This document shows positions 9,446 to 19,817 of a DNA stretch of 64,000 bases, piece by piece. Numbering within the stretch: the first letter of the stretch is position 1; every line of letters begins with the position of its first letter. The notes beneath the pieces were generated by a model, which made no database searches, was not told the DNA's origin, and saw only the letters and a list, made by a program, of their open reading frames with translations. The DNA comes from Promethearchaeota archaeon. Lineage in GTDB: Archaea; Asgardarchaeota; Lokiarchaeia; Sigyniarchaeales; SOKP01. The DNA lies in contig JAEOTR010000032.1 in assembly GCA_016839705.1 (NCBI GenBank), forward strand, positions 1 through 64,000, written 5' to 3'. The position numbers and the translations under genes are program-made.

Positions 9446-10351
9446 TTATTTTCTCATCATTCGAGGATTCTTGAAGAGATCTAATTCTTGTTTGGGCATT
9501 TTATAATCTGAAGTCCCTGTTTTTTTCATCTTTTTATAGAGTCTTTTAACTAATTTTTCCGCTTCATGCATAAAATTACAACCACAAGCGAATAAAGTCA
9601 TATATTTAACAAAACTCTTGTCCTTAGCATACTCTTCATCATAGATCTCGACTTCAAAATTCTTTTGTACTCTTTGGCCATCTATTCGAGCAATCTTTTG
9701 GTCTCCAATATAAATTTTGTAATTTCTACCTGGTCCAATGACTCCTTTACACATGACCATCTGGAGTTTATCTCCGGGTTGTTCAGGGAGAAGGGGGAAT
9801 GTCCATCGAGTTCCCATCAATCTCCAACCACGTACGACGCGAGCTAGAGAAATAGTACCAGGAATTTGCATGAAGAATACCGGAGCGGGAATTTTAATTT
9901 CATAACTTTGAATTAATGAATGGGTAACGCTTAATTCGATACCTGCTTTAAAGTTACCACCTTTTTGATTTCCATCCATTCCTTCTTCCATGATTGTAAA
10001 ATAGCGACAAACTAGTCTTTTATCTTCTATTGGTTTTTCTTCCCATTCATCCACGTTAAAAGCAATGATATGTTTTTTCTCACCATCAACTTCAATTACT
10101 CCCTCAATATCAAAGTTTTTAGAAAAATATCGTGTTTTAGCTTGATATTTGAGTTGCTGATGAATCCCAAGTTCTTCATCATGTAAGCGAGTACGCCAAA
10201 AATTAACTTTAATTTTTTTATAGACTGCTCTTTTAGGTTTCGGGGGTGCAGGTGGAGCTTCTTTCTTTTTAGGAGCTGGTTTTGTGGCTTTCTTCTTTAC
10301 TTCTTCTTTCTTAGTCTCTTCAGGTTTTTCTTCTGGTTTTTTTTTTGCCAT
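9446..10351 (-). CDS. Hypothetical protein, possible Tubby-C/LURP-one-like fold
   Basis: Lys/Pro-rich N-terminus; beta-rich body ending NYKIYIGDQKIARIDG..FEVEI plus a hydrophobic helix. Confidence 0.55.
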   Translation of the reverse strand: MAKKKPEEKPEETKKEEVKKKATKPAPKKKEAPPAPPKPKRAVYKKIKVNFWRTRLHDEELGIHQQLKYQAKTRYFSKNFDIEGVIEVDGEKKHIIAFNVDEWEEKPIEDKRLVCRYFTIMEEGMDGNQKGGNFKAGIELSVTHSLIQSYEIKIPAPVFFMQIPGTISLARVVRGWRLMGTRWTFPLLPEQPGDKLQMVMCKGVIGPGRNYKIYIGDQKIARIDGQRVQKNFEVEIYDEEYAKDKSFVKYMTLFACGCNFMHEAEKLVKRLYKKMKKTGTSDYKMPKQELDLFKNPRMMRK

Positions 10352-10552
10352 CGATAATCATACATTTTTACTGTAATTTAAAAATTTTAGATTAATAAAT
10401 AACATTTCATTAGGATACTTTATAATTTTTATTTATTTTAACTTTGTTTACAATAAGTTTTATTAATAGAATAGCTTAAAAAAGTTCTTTTTGAAAAAGG
10501 ATTTTCTCCTAAAAACTACATTTAGGAAGGGATAGAGCAAACCAATTATCAT

Positions 10553-12802
10553 CTAATTCAAAGGTAACTCACATTTACCCTCAGCATCACAAAATTTACT
10601 GCCAATTTCACGATCTTTAGTTTCGTTTAAATTCATGGGTTTTATATTCTTAATCATCTCTTCATAAGTTTCTTTAGTTATTTCTTCGTAGGGTGCTTGT
10701 TTATACCCGTGCTCTTTTATTGGTAAAAAACTTGCGCTTTTTAGTTTATCTTCAAAAGCTTCAAGAACATATTTAATTTGGTTTGCTTCTTCTTGTTTAA
10801 ATGTTATTGTTATTGAAACTTGATTATCTGACCAATAATTTTGATATGCTGCAGCATTTTCAGCCTGTTCCCAAATTGAAACTTCATTTTTGGATCGATC
10901 AAAATATTTTTCATGAATCGGGAATTCTGCGACCACAGTATTTGGTGAGTAAAGATCCTCTTCAATTTTATAACCTGCTTCTTTTATATTGGGAATTAAA
11001 TCCGAATTTTTTGAGAGCCTAATTCTTCTAATGTAGTATTCTGAATGAGGATAATGAATTCCAGGAGGAACGCCTGGGAGTAGACTTACTGTCCCGCTTG
11101 GTTTAACGGTTGTGATTTTAATAGATTTTGGAATACATAACCAGTCTGAGTATTGCTCATCTAACTCTCTTAAGTATTTATATGCCCTATCACACCAATC
11201 TAGAATTTTTCTTCTACCGTGCTTCACGAATGCTTCAATGATTCCGGTTTGTGAAATTCCCATCCTTCTATTTTTAAGCATTACTGCATTTGTTTCTTGC
11301 CAATGGGTGTTTACGAGTGTAACAGATTTCGAGTATAAATACGCATATTTCAGAGTTTCTTCAAATTCCTCATAAGTTTCGTGACGTGATGGAAAGGTTT
11401 CAACGAGGCAACATAGCTCAAAAGACTCTAAGGTTTGTTCACCACACGGATTAACTCCCGCTGCTTTCTTATCTTTAAAATCGGGATCATGTCCCATTCT
11501 TGAGTAAGCTCTTGCATTATCTAACCATAAAATTCCTGGTTCTCCATTGACAGCAATTTGGTTTGCAATAAATGAATAATCCAAACCCTTAACTGCGAAT
11601 ACAGAATTGTTGCTTGCCCATCTATGAGAATATAAAGCTTCTTCGTCTTGCTTGCATGTTACAAAGTCTAAATCAGTAGGATCTCCTAACGCAATTTCAG
11701 CACTTCTACGTACATTACCCGCAACCACACATCTACCGATGTAATTCATGATATCTACAATATCAATGGATTTTATTGCTTGACCTACTCGTTTTTCGAG
11801 GATTTTTTGAATATCTTCTAACATCTCTTTCAATGGGCCTGGACCTGAAGCAATACCTCCAAAACCCCTTATTGGCTGACCGGCTACTCTAATATTACTG
11901 AAATCAAAAATTGGTGTTTGCATTCCAATAAAATAGGCTTCGAGAAGTAACTTTAGTGCTTCAACCCACCCTTCTCGACTATCTGGAATTTCAAATTTAA
12001 AGGATCCTTCAGCGGGACGTTTTATTTTTATTTTTCCTGCTCCCTTGGTGTCAAATCCAACACCTACCCCTAACATTAAAGCATCCATAACAAATTGAAA
12101 GGCTTTTGAATATTTTAAATCAATATCCTCAGTAGACGCAAATCCACAATTATTTAAAGACATCGATCCATGACGGGCAATAAACTCAGTACCCATCATC
12201 CATAATCCACGCCCCGGAGGAGAAAATCTAAAATTCCAAATTTTATTAAACATAATTTGGGCTGATTTCTGAGCTTTTTCATCGCTCCACGGCAAACTTA
12301 ATTTTACACAATGCTCCTTTTGGATTGAATAACAACCCTCAACAACTCTTCTTAATGTTTCCCAAAATTCTTCTTTTCGATTTTCTCTTTCGATAATTCT
12401 TGCATAAGTTCTTTTATATGTTATATATCCAATTGGACCCCAATCTGGTTGTAAGTTCTTAAATTTTTCCAGAAATGCATCATCCAACTTGAATCCAACG
12501 CTTTCCAAGTTAATAGCTCGTGCAAATAAGTTTCGATATTTATTCATACCACGTTGTGTTAATTCTACACAAACTAATTCACGAATGTAATTAGTAGTAA
12601 TTTCTTCCATCCCTTCTCCTATAATCTTTCTTATAACATCTTCAGCCACGCTTTCTGCAATATTTATATCCAGACCAGTCTCGCGATTAAGTATTTTTGC
12701 GATACTTTCCTCATCAAATTTTGACTTTTCACCTTTCGAATTAATCACATATTTAGGATATAAATCTATCAACGAAAACGAATTATCGGTCATGCTATTC
12801 AT
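10553..12802 (-). CDS. nrdJ: Adenosylcobalamin-dependent class II ribonucleotide reductase (RTPR-like) with N-terminal ATP cone
   Basis: KRTYAR, PPGRGLW, LNNC, GNVRRSAE, catalytic NPCGEQ, TTVKPSGT, C-terminal FCDAEGKC. Confidence 0.93.
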   Translation of the reverse strand: MNSMTDNSFSLIDLYPKYVINSKGEKSKFDEESIAKILNRETGLDINIAESVAEDVIRKIIGEGMEEITTNYIRELVCVELTQRGMNKYRNLFARAINLESVGFKLDDAFLEKFKNLQPDWGPIGYITYKRTYARIIERENRKEEFWETLRRVVEGCYSIQKEHCVKLSLPWSDEKAQKSAQIMFNKIWNFRFSPPGRGLWMMGTEFIARHGSMSLNNCGFASTEDIDLKYSKAFQFVMDALMLGVGVGFDTKGAGKIKIKRPAEGSFKFEIPDSREGWVEALKLLLEAYFIGMQTPIFDFSNIRVAGQPIRGFGGIASGPGPLKEMLEDIQKILEKRVGQAIKSIDIVDIMNYIGRCVVAGNVRRSAEIALGDPTDLDFVTCKQDEEALYSHRWASNNSVFAVKGLDYSFIANQIAVNGEPGILWLDNARAYSRMGHDPDFKDKKAAGVNPCGEQTLESFELCCLVETFPSRHETYEEFEETLKYAYLYSKSVTLVNTHWQETNAVMLKNRRMGISQTGIIEAFVKHGRRKILDWCDRAYKYLRELDEQYSDWLCIPKSIKITTVKPSGTVSLLPGVPPGIHYPHSEYYIRRIRLSKNSDLIPNIKEAGYKIEEDLYSPNTVVAEFPIHEKYFDRSKNEVSIWEQAENAAAYQNYWSDNQVSITITFKQEEANQIKYVLEAFEDKLKSASFLPIKEHGYKQAPYEEITKETYEEMIKNIKPMNLNETKDREIGSKFCDAEGKCELPLN

Positions 12803-13238
12803 CCTACATTATTTTTAAAATTAAGATGGTAATTTTATCGGCGTAAATATTAATTGTTTAAATTAATTGCCTTAACCGTACCTATAAATTAATTACTTCT
12901 TCTTATATATAATTATTGCTATTTGTTATTAAAGTATTGATTAACCTCTCTACTATTCATTTGTTCACATTAATGTAAATCTATGAAATATACACAATTT
13001 AGTAAATATATCTTTATTGGTTTTGTTTCAAAGTTTTTTTTTTATTTTTTGTCGTTAATTTTGTGAGTTTGTATTATTTTTTGAATTATTTTTTAATATT
13101 TAAAGAAAAAATGAGAGCTAAATTATTAAATTCTAAAAGCAGTATTTTATATTGTTGTTTGAATACTTGCGATTTAATAAAAAGTTATTAGACTATAAAG
13201 AAATATATATAATTAGGCATTTGAGAAATCATAAAATT

Positions 13239-13679
13239 ATGAATGAACGAGAAAAATATGAGATATTATCAACGGTAGAGCTGGAAAGAACTATTAATAA
13301 AGTATTAGATAACCATAATGAAGTATTATTGTGTTATCTATATGGTTCTTATGTAGTTGGTAATAAAACGGAATTTAGTGATATTGATTTAGGAATTTTG
13401 ATAGAAAGAACTTATCAAAAGCCCTATTTATATCAAGTAGATTTAAGTCTTGAAATAGAGAATGAATTTAACAACAAGATTGAAATCGATCTCTGTGTTC
13501 TAAATGATGCAACTCCTCGGTTTTTGTATAATGTAATAAAAGATGGATATATCATTCATTCCAAGAACCTTTTAATCCAACATGAGTTTGAAATAAAAGT
13601 TCTTTATGACTATTTAGAAATCAAACCAATATTGGATAAGTATGATAAAATGACAGTGATGGATGTGATAAAGGATTAA
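13239..13679 (+). CDS. mntA: MNT nucleotidyltransferase antitoxin (type VII TA)
   Basis: YLYGS-x9-SDIDLG and IDL motifs; likely start ATG 13239. Confidence 0.85.
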   Translation: MNEREKYEILSTVELERTINKVLDNHNEVLLCYLYGSYVVGNKTEFSDIDLGILIERTYQKPYLYQVDLSLEIENEFNNKIEIDLCVLNDATPRFLYNVIKDGYIIHSKNLLIQHEFEIKVLYDYLEIKPILDKYDKMTVMDVIKD

Positions 13680-13698
13680 CGTAAACAAAGATTTAATT

Positions 13699-14106
13699 TT
13701 GACTAGATTTAATAAATTAGATACATTATTGGAAAACCTTCGTGAGCTTAAAGACTTGGGGAAAAAAGAATTTCTGTCAAACTATAAAAATTATTATACA
13801 GCACAACGAGCCTTAGAGATCTGTATAAACATTTGTATTGATGTTGGTAATCATATTGTCTCACTCATTAATAAAGAGAAACCTGAATCATTTACAGATA
13901 TTATCAAAATTTTAGCAAAAAGGAAAATTATAGATGATAATTTAGAAACGCAACTTACGAAAATGGTAAGATTCCGTAATTTATTAGGACATTTATATTT
14001 AGAAATTGATAATGAAATCATTTATAACATCTTACAAAAGAATTTAGATGATTTTGAGTCTTTCAAGAAAGCAATCTTCACAAAATTCAGAAGTGTTCTG
14101 ATATAA
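13699..14106 (+). CDS. hepT: HEPN (DUF86) RNase toxin (type VII TA)
   Basis: FRNLLGHLY matches RX4HXY; directly follows the MNT gene. Confidence 0.88.
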   Translation: MTRFNKLDTLLENLRELKDLGKKEFLSNYKNYYTAQRALEICINICIDVGNHIVSLINKEKPESFTDIIKILAKRKIIDDNLETQLTKMVRFRNLLGHLYLEIDNEIIYNILQKNLDDFESFKKAIFTKFRSVLI

Positions 14107-14206
14107 AAATAAAATCTGAAAGCTTTTAAGGAAAAATGATTTCCTTTGTTTTGAATTCACATTTCATTAATATTTATTTGATTGCTTAAAACTATAAGAA
14201 GAAGAA

Positions 14207-16015
14207 ATGTCTACTTTAATATCAGAACTATTAGAAAAACTCCAAAAATTATCTAATACAGAACAAATAGAAGAGCAATTGCAATATTTAGAAGAGATCC
14301 AAAAAACTGGTGATTGTACCCCTGAAGAAAAGTTATGGATTCAGACATTAAAAAGTAGTTATTTCATGTATTTAGGCATGTTTAAAGATGCGGTTGAATT
14401 AGCAGATGATGCTTTTCAAAAGAGTATAGAACTTGATGTACCTCAGATATCCTTTCATGCTTTAATGGTGAGATTTGGCAGTTGGATGCAGCTTAGCAGA
14501 CCACAAGAACTTTCAGTTGAAGATCTAAACTATTGTGAAAAGATACTTAATACTTCCTTGCCTCTAAACGTAATTGAAGTGGGAAAAGGAATAATCAATT
14601 TTATAAAGGGTTGGTTGAGTTTCATGGGGGGAAAAATGGATCTTACTTTGGAGCAAACACTAGAAAGCCTTAGATTATTAGAAAAATACCCAAATCAATC
14701 TTTGACCATCCCCTATATATTTACACTTATCGGATATGCATATAATGAAAAAGGAGAACTTGAAACTGCATTGACTTTCTTAATTAAGGCTCTGGAGTCG
14801 AGTAAAGGGGATTACATGCATATAAATACTAATCGAGCCATGGCATTAAATAAAATTGGGGAAATTTATTATCAAAAGGGGAATTTGGATGAAGCGATTG
14901 GGTATTTTAAGAAAAGTTTAGAAACCTGGATACAATATGATTCACTGATTTATGGAGGTAGTATTTTTGATAATTTGATAAATATTTCATTATACATGGA
15001 TTTACCAAAACAAGCTGAAGATTATTTAAACCAATTCAAACAGTTCCTCCAACGTTTTGACAAAAATAAAAATCCAAATGCTGAAATTTTCATGCAATAT
15101 AAGTGGTCAAAGGGACGTCTATTAACATCAAGTACCCGAACTCGAGATAAGGCTAAGGGTGAAAAAATTTTGATGGGTTTGATAGATTATATCCCTCAAG
15201 CGGTTATTCTATTATGTAAATTATTTTATGAAGAATTACACTCGACGAATGATTTAAGTATTCTAGATGATATTCAACCCCTTATTGAAAGACTACAGCA
15301 CCTCTCAGAAAGGGGTAACTCATATTCCCTTTTAGCGCAAACAAAGTTACTACAAGGACAATTGTCTTTGTTAAGGATGAACATTGGTGACGCAAGACAA
15401 CAATTAACTCAGGCTCAGCATATTGCTGAAGAACATGATCTTCAATTATTGGCTCAAGCCATCTCGAAGGAACATGATAAATTGTTTGAAAAGATTGATC
15501 GGTGGCAAAATGTTAAAAAGTCGGACGTGGTTCTTTCGGATAGATTGAATTTTGTTTCAATAGAAGAAATTCTTGATCGTATGCAAGGTAGGCGTGCTTT
15601 AGAACCATTAGAGTCTATTAAAGAGGAACCAATTTTCTTACTAATTATGGGAAGAGATGGTGTTTCATATTTTAATCACACATTTGTACAAGATTGGACT
15701 TTCGACGACATTTTTAGCTCATTTATGTCTGCTTTTAACTCGTTTAGCTCTGAAATTTTTGCGAAATCTATTGATCGAATTAAAATCGATGAGAATGTAA
15801 TCCTCATTAGACCAGTTGATTCGTATTTAATATGTTATGTAATAAAGGGACAATCATATCCTGCCCTTCAGAAGCTAACTCGTTTCTCCGATGCCATTAA
15901 ATGGAACACAGAAATCTCAGAAGCTTTAAAAAAATCAGTTAAAACTGGTGAGGAATTGGATTTAAATAATCCTGCTTCCCTAGGAGTTGTTGTGAATGAT
16001 ATTTTTAATAGTTAG
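14207..16015 (+). CDS. TPR-repeat protein with C-terminal longin/roadblock-like domain
   Basis: TPRs (ALNKIGEIYYQKGNLDEAIGYFKKSL); tail IFLLIMGRDGVSYFN...FMSAFNSFS; paralog of 1849..3663. Confidence 0.78.
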   Translation: MSTLISELLEKLQKLSNTEQIEEQLQYLEEIQKTGDCTPEEKLWIQTLKSSYFMYLGMFKDAVELADDAFQKSIELDVPQISFHALMVRFGSWMQLSRPQELSVEDLNYCEKILNTSLPLNVIEVGKGIINFIKGWLSFMGGKMDLTLEQTLESLRLLEKYPNQSLTIPYIFTLIGYAYNEKGELETALTFLIKALESSKGDYMHINTNRAMALNKIGEIYYQKGNLDEAIGYFKKSLETWIQYDSLIYGGSIFDNLINISLYMDLPKQAEDYLNQFKQFLQRFDKNKNPNAEIFMQYKWSKGRLLTSSTRTRDKAKGEKILMGLIDYIPQAVILLCKLFYEELHSTNDLSILDDIQPLIERLQHLSERGNSYSLLAQTKLLQGQLSLLRMNIGDARQQLTQAQHIAEEHDLQLLAQAISKEHDKLFEKIDRWQNVKKSDVVLSDRLNFVSIEEILDRMQGRRALEPLESIKEEPIFLLIMGRDGVSYFNHTFVQDWTFDDIFSSFMSAFNSFSSEIFAKSIDRIKIDENVILIRPVDSYLICYVIKGQSYPALQKLTRFSDAIKWNTEISEALKKSVKTGEELDLNNPASLGVVVNDIFNS

Positions 16016-16122
16016 AATAATATCCCTGAGAAGTTTTTACAAAATAAATTATAATATAAAACAATATAAATTCAAAAGATTTATTCACATGTATAAAAAC
16101 TACAGATGAGAATCGAATAATA

Positions 16123-16944
16123 ATGATAGAAAATATGCTTTTAATTATTGGATATTCTGCGTTGTCGTTATTTATATATCTTATAATCGCTTTTTTAGTT
16201 GGAACGATAAAGAAAAATAATGGATTAATGGATGTTTTTTATGGACCTGGTTATTTTGTTGTGGCAATAACGAGTCTGATTTTTTACATAATTTTGAATC
16301 ATAACGTAAACATTCGACAAATAGTAATTTGCATTTTGGTATTTATATGGGCATTAAGACTTGCTTCATATGTTTTTATTAGAAATAGAGGAAAACCAGA
16401 GGATTATCGATATCAAGCAATGAGAAGGAGCTGGAAAACCAATATTGTTTTGAAAAGCTTTCTCAGAGTATACATGTTTCAAGGATTAGTTATTTTTATC
16501 GTTGCCTTCCCCGTATGGTTTGTCAATATAAGCAGCAATCCTCCTATTCTTAATTTATTAGACTTTGCTGGGATAACATTATGGCTTGGTGTACTTATAT
16601 GGGTAATAGGATTTTTATTTGAAACAATTGGAGATTATACATTGTATAAATTTCTACAAAAACCGGAAAATAAAGGAGAGATTATGGATAGAGGAGTATG
16701 GAAATTATCTCAACATCCAAATTACTTTGGTGAGGTAACTCAATGGTGGGGAATTTACATAATTGCTTTAGCAACTCCTTTTGGGTTTATAGCTATTTTT
16801 GGTCCAATCTTTATTACGTATATGATTATCAAGGTCTCAGGAATAAAACTCCTCGACAAAAGATTTGAAGTTGACGATAAATATGCTGAATATAAGAAAA
16901 GAACCAGTGTTTTCTTCCCTTGGTTTCCAAAGAAGGAAAAGTAA
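16123..16944 (+). CDS. DUF1295 / steroid 5-alpha-reductase-like membrane protein
   Basis: EDYRY, FETIGD, GVWKLSQHPNYFGE, YAEYKKRTSVFFPW. Confidence 0.88.
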   Translation: MIENMLLIIGYSALSLFIYLIIAFLVGTIKKNNGLMDVFYGPGYFVVAITSLIFYIILNHNVNIRQIVICILVFIWALRLASYVFIRNRGKPEDYRYQAMRRSWKTNIVLKSFLRVYMFQGLVIFIVAFPVWFVNISSNPPILNLLDFAGITLWLGVLIWVIGFLFETIGDYTLYKFLQKPENKGEIMDRGVWKLSQHPNYFGEVTQWWGIYIIALATPFGFIAIFGPIFITYMIIKVSGIKLLDKRFEVDDKYAEYKKRTSVFFPWFPKKEK

Positions 16945-17088
16945 ATTCATTTTTTATAAATTTTTTCAACCTCTTTTTTATTGTTAATTTTTCGACATAT
17001 CCTATGATTTTTAATATGAAAATTTTTAAATACTCAAAAGTATATTCCTCAAAAAATTAGTTAAGAAATCGATCAATAGGGAAATATT

Positions 17089-18000
17089 TTGGTCAATCCT
17101 CAAGAACAAGAGAATAAAGTTGGAGTTTCATCTGATAACATCATAAAAGAAGAGATTAATTTAAATTTATATATAAAATTACCGTTGTTTTATCTAATCT
17201 ATTTTTTCTCCTTCTTAATTCCCGGTATAATTTTTATGGTTTATATAATGATGTTTTATTTACCATACTTCCTTCAAGTAAGGAATTTCTTTAGTATTTT
17301 TATTAATATTCCCTCTCTTATTGCCTCTTTGACTTTACCTATCGTAATAATATCTTGTTACCTAATACATTTGCTTATTGTAGCATTAATCACACGGTGG
17401 TTTTGGAGACTCTCAGAAAAGCGATCTCCTTCAAAATCAGGTATTATTCCACGTAATATTCATAGTAAAACTTTAGATGCGTATCATTTTCGCAGTTTTA
17501 TTATAAAATATCCAAAAAATGCTTTCTCACGCGGACCATTTCCTTGGTTAACTAAATGGATGTTTAACTTTGTCGGAACAAATAAAATTGAAAAAGGCTC
17601 TGTAATTGAAGAACAATTAGCAGGGGATAGATTCGTAGAAATTGGTAAAAATTCTTATATCGGGACAAGTACCGCTATTAGTTCTCATGCTGTGGATGGT
17701 ATTTTTGGAAATATCTCATTTGCAAAAATCAAGATAGGAGACAATTTTACTAGTGCAGGATTTAACTGTGTTGCTCCCGGTGTGGATACTGGAGATAATT
17801 CATGGTGGTTACCAATGACAGGGGCAACAAAATACAATATTTTAAAGGGTGATAATTTTTATTTTGGAACTCCTCTCAGGAAGATATTTAAGAGGAAATT
17901 AATTGAATTTCTGCAAATCACTGAAGAAGATCTCAAGAGAGCCGAAGATCTAAATAAAATCCTAAATCAAGAAAATCAGGGAGATGATTCGGTACATTGA
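17089..18000 (+). CDS. Membrane-anchored left-handed beta-helix acyltransferase-like protein, module type A
   Basis: 2 TM, GIIPRN, hexapeptide repeats (VEIGKNSYIG, IKIGDN), SHAVDG, terminal YFGTPL. Confidence 0.8.
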   Translation: MVNPQEQENKVGVSSDNIIKEEINLNLYIKLPLFYLIYFFSFLIPGIIFMVYIMMFYLPYFLQVRNFFSIFINIPSLIASLTLPIVIISCYLIHLLIVALITRWFWRLSEKRSPSKSGIIPRNIHSKTLDAYHFRSFIIKYPKNAFSRGPFPWLTKWMFNFVGTNKIEKGSVIEEQLAGDRFVEIGKNSYIGTSTAISSHAVDGIFGNISFAKIKIGDNFTSAGFNCVAPGVDTGDNSWWLPMTGATKYNILKGDNFYFGTPLRKIFKRKLIEFLQITEEDLKRAEDLNKILNQENQGDDSVH

Positions 18001-18902
18001 GTGAAAAATCAAAAATTGAAGCTCCACTTGATAAAAAGAAAGATAGTACAGTTGATTATACTCTTGATTTTGTAACGAGTAGTGTGATAAGTCGAATTGG
18101 CTTAAAAGTCCTCGTTTTTTATGTACCAATACTATGGGCTTCTGGATTCATGACATCGGCCGTCTTTTTTGATCTATCATTGTTAATCAATAATTGGATA
18201 ATTACTATGTTTTTGATACCCGTATGGCTTTTTATATTATATTTCATATTTGTTTTTGGTATAGCTTTATTCGCAAGAGCTTTTCTACTAATAATAAATA
18301 TGATTCACAAACCTAAAGAAGGAGTTTTCAAAGCTGAAAAGGGGAATAAAGACTATGAATTTTGGAGATTGAGGATAGAGTTAAAAAAATTAGTGTTTTG
18401 GTTCATGAACAATGGTCCAATGCCGTGGATAGTAATGTGGGGATTCAGATGGATGGGTGTTAAAGTAGATTTTTCAAGTCATATGAATGATGCATGGGCA
18501 GATGGAGATTTTATTGAGTTTGGGAGAAACGTTACTATTGGTCAAGGTGCTGTTGTAATGAGCTCAATGGTTGTTGGTAAATATTTAATTATTAAGAAAA
18601 TTATTTTTGGAGATCATACCGTTATCGGTGGTGTTTCTAATATATCTCCAGGCACAGTTATTGGAAAGGAATCAATTATAGGAGTTTTTACAACTAGTAA
18701 TCCCAATCAACATATAGAGCCAGGTTGGGTATATCTTGGTATTCCTGCGAGAAAGTATAAACCTAATAAATATATAACAGAAAGACGAGATGTGATATAT
18801 CAAAAACTTGTAGAAGATGAAATTAAGTATGAAGTTAAACAAGACGTGAATATCGAAGAAGATAAGAAAAAACTTCTGAACAATAATCAGGAGGATAATT
18901 AA
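17997..18902 (+). CDS. Membrane-anchored left-handed beta-helix acyltransferase-like protein, module type B
   Basis: TTGA overlap with upstream gene; 2 TM, HKPKEG, EFWRLR, IEFGRNVTIGQGAVV, YLGIPA. Confidence 0.8.
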   Translation: MSEKSKIEAPLDKKKDSTVDYTLDFVTSSVISRIGLKVLVFYVPILWASGFMTSAVFFDLSLLINNWIITMFLIPVWLFILYFIFVFGIALFARAFLLIINMIHKPKEGVFKAEKGNKDYEFWRLRIELKKLVFWFMNNGPMPWIVMWGFRWMGVKVDFSSHMNDAWADGDFIEFGRNVTIGQGAVVMSSMVVGKYLIIKKIIFGDHTVIGGVSNISPGTVIGKESIIGVFTTSNPNQHIEPGWVYLGIPARKYKPNKYITERRDVIYQKLVEDEIKYEVKQDVNIEEDKKKLLNNNQEDN

Positions 18903-18904
18903 TT

Positions 18905-19759
18905 ATGTCTGTACCCTCAAGCTTAAAGGTTGGTCCAAATACTACCCTCATTCTGGAAAAAAAGAGATATATAATTTTTTACATTTTTTTAATGTGGATT
19001 ACTATTTTTACAATCCAATTTGAATTTTGGTTATATTGGATACTTTATGATTGGAAATTTATACACTTTATAATTTTTCTTCCACTCTTGATTATGATTA
19101 TGTATCTAACTTCTATTCTTGTTTCATTGGTTTTTGCCAAAATCTTTTTAGTTATAGTAAACCTGATTCATACACCCCGTGAAGGCGTTTTTCTCAGGCA
19201 TCGCTCAGACAAAGATTATAGATATTGGTCCCTAAGGAGTGCTATTAAGAAATGGCCCCTATGGCTCTCCCATAAATTTCCTTTTCCCTTTTTAGACAAT
19301 ATTTGCTTAAAAATGTTCGGGGTAAAAACTAAATTTTCTAACTCTCTCTTTGAAGGCTGGGTTGATTGTGAATTTATTGAATTTGGAAAAAATGTGGTAG
19401 TTGGTCAAAGTTCGGTAATTCAATCCTCAATTATTGTTGGGAATTTATTTATTATAAGGAAAACGATTATTGAAGACAATGTCATAATCGGTGCCCACAG
19501 TGTGGTTATGCCCGGAACACATTTAAAACGTAATTCTATCTTAGCAACTAGTTCTCTCACAACTGTTGGTCAAGAACTAGAAGAGGGATGGATATATCTT
19601 GGCGCTCCAGCGAAAAAATACAAGGAAAATGTTTACTTTGAAGAAGGATTAGAAGGAATAATAAGTCAGCTAAATGTGGTAAAATCTAAAGAAGAAGGGC
19701 ACTCCGAAGATTTTTATACAAGGAGAAAAGATAAAAAAGTTGAATTTGAACAATCTTGA
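18905..19759 (+). CDS. Membrane-anchored left-handed beta-helix acyltransferase-like protein, module type C
   Basis: 2 TM, HTPREG, DYRYWSLR, IEFGKNVVVGQ, IEDNVIIGAHSVVMPGT, YLGAPA. Confidence 0.8.
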   Translation: MSVPSSLKVGPNTTLILEKKRYIIFYIFLMWITIFTIQFEFWLYWILYDWKFIHFIIFLPLLIMIMYLTSILVSLVFAKIFLVIVNLIHTPREGVFLRHRSDKDYRYWSLRSAIKKWPLWLSHKFPFPFLDNICLKMFGVKTKFSNSLFEGWVDCEFIEFGKNVVVGQSSVIQSSIIVGNLFIIRKTIIEDNVIIGAHSVVMPGTHLKRNSILATSSLTTVGQELEEGWIYLGAPAKKYKENVYFEEGLEGIISQLNVVKSKEEGHSEDFYTRRKDKKVEFEQS

Positions 19760-19817
19760 AACAGACTTTTTTCGAATTACTTAGAATTTTAGAATAATCT
19801 CAAAATAAACGATTGAA

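Noticed and set aside
12803-13238. Long AT-rich intergenic region considered as a replication origin or cobalamin riboswitch
   Set aside because: No ORB-like repeats, no adjacent cdc6/orc1, and no GC-containing riboswitch core; consistent with divergent promoters.
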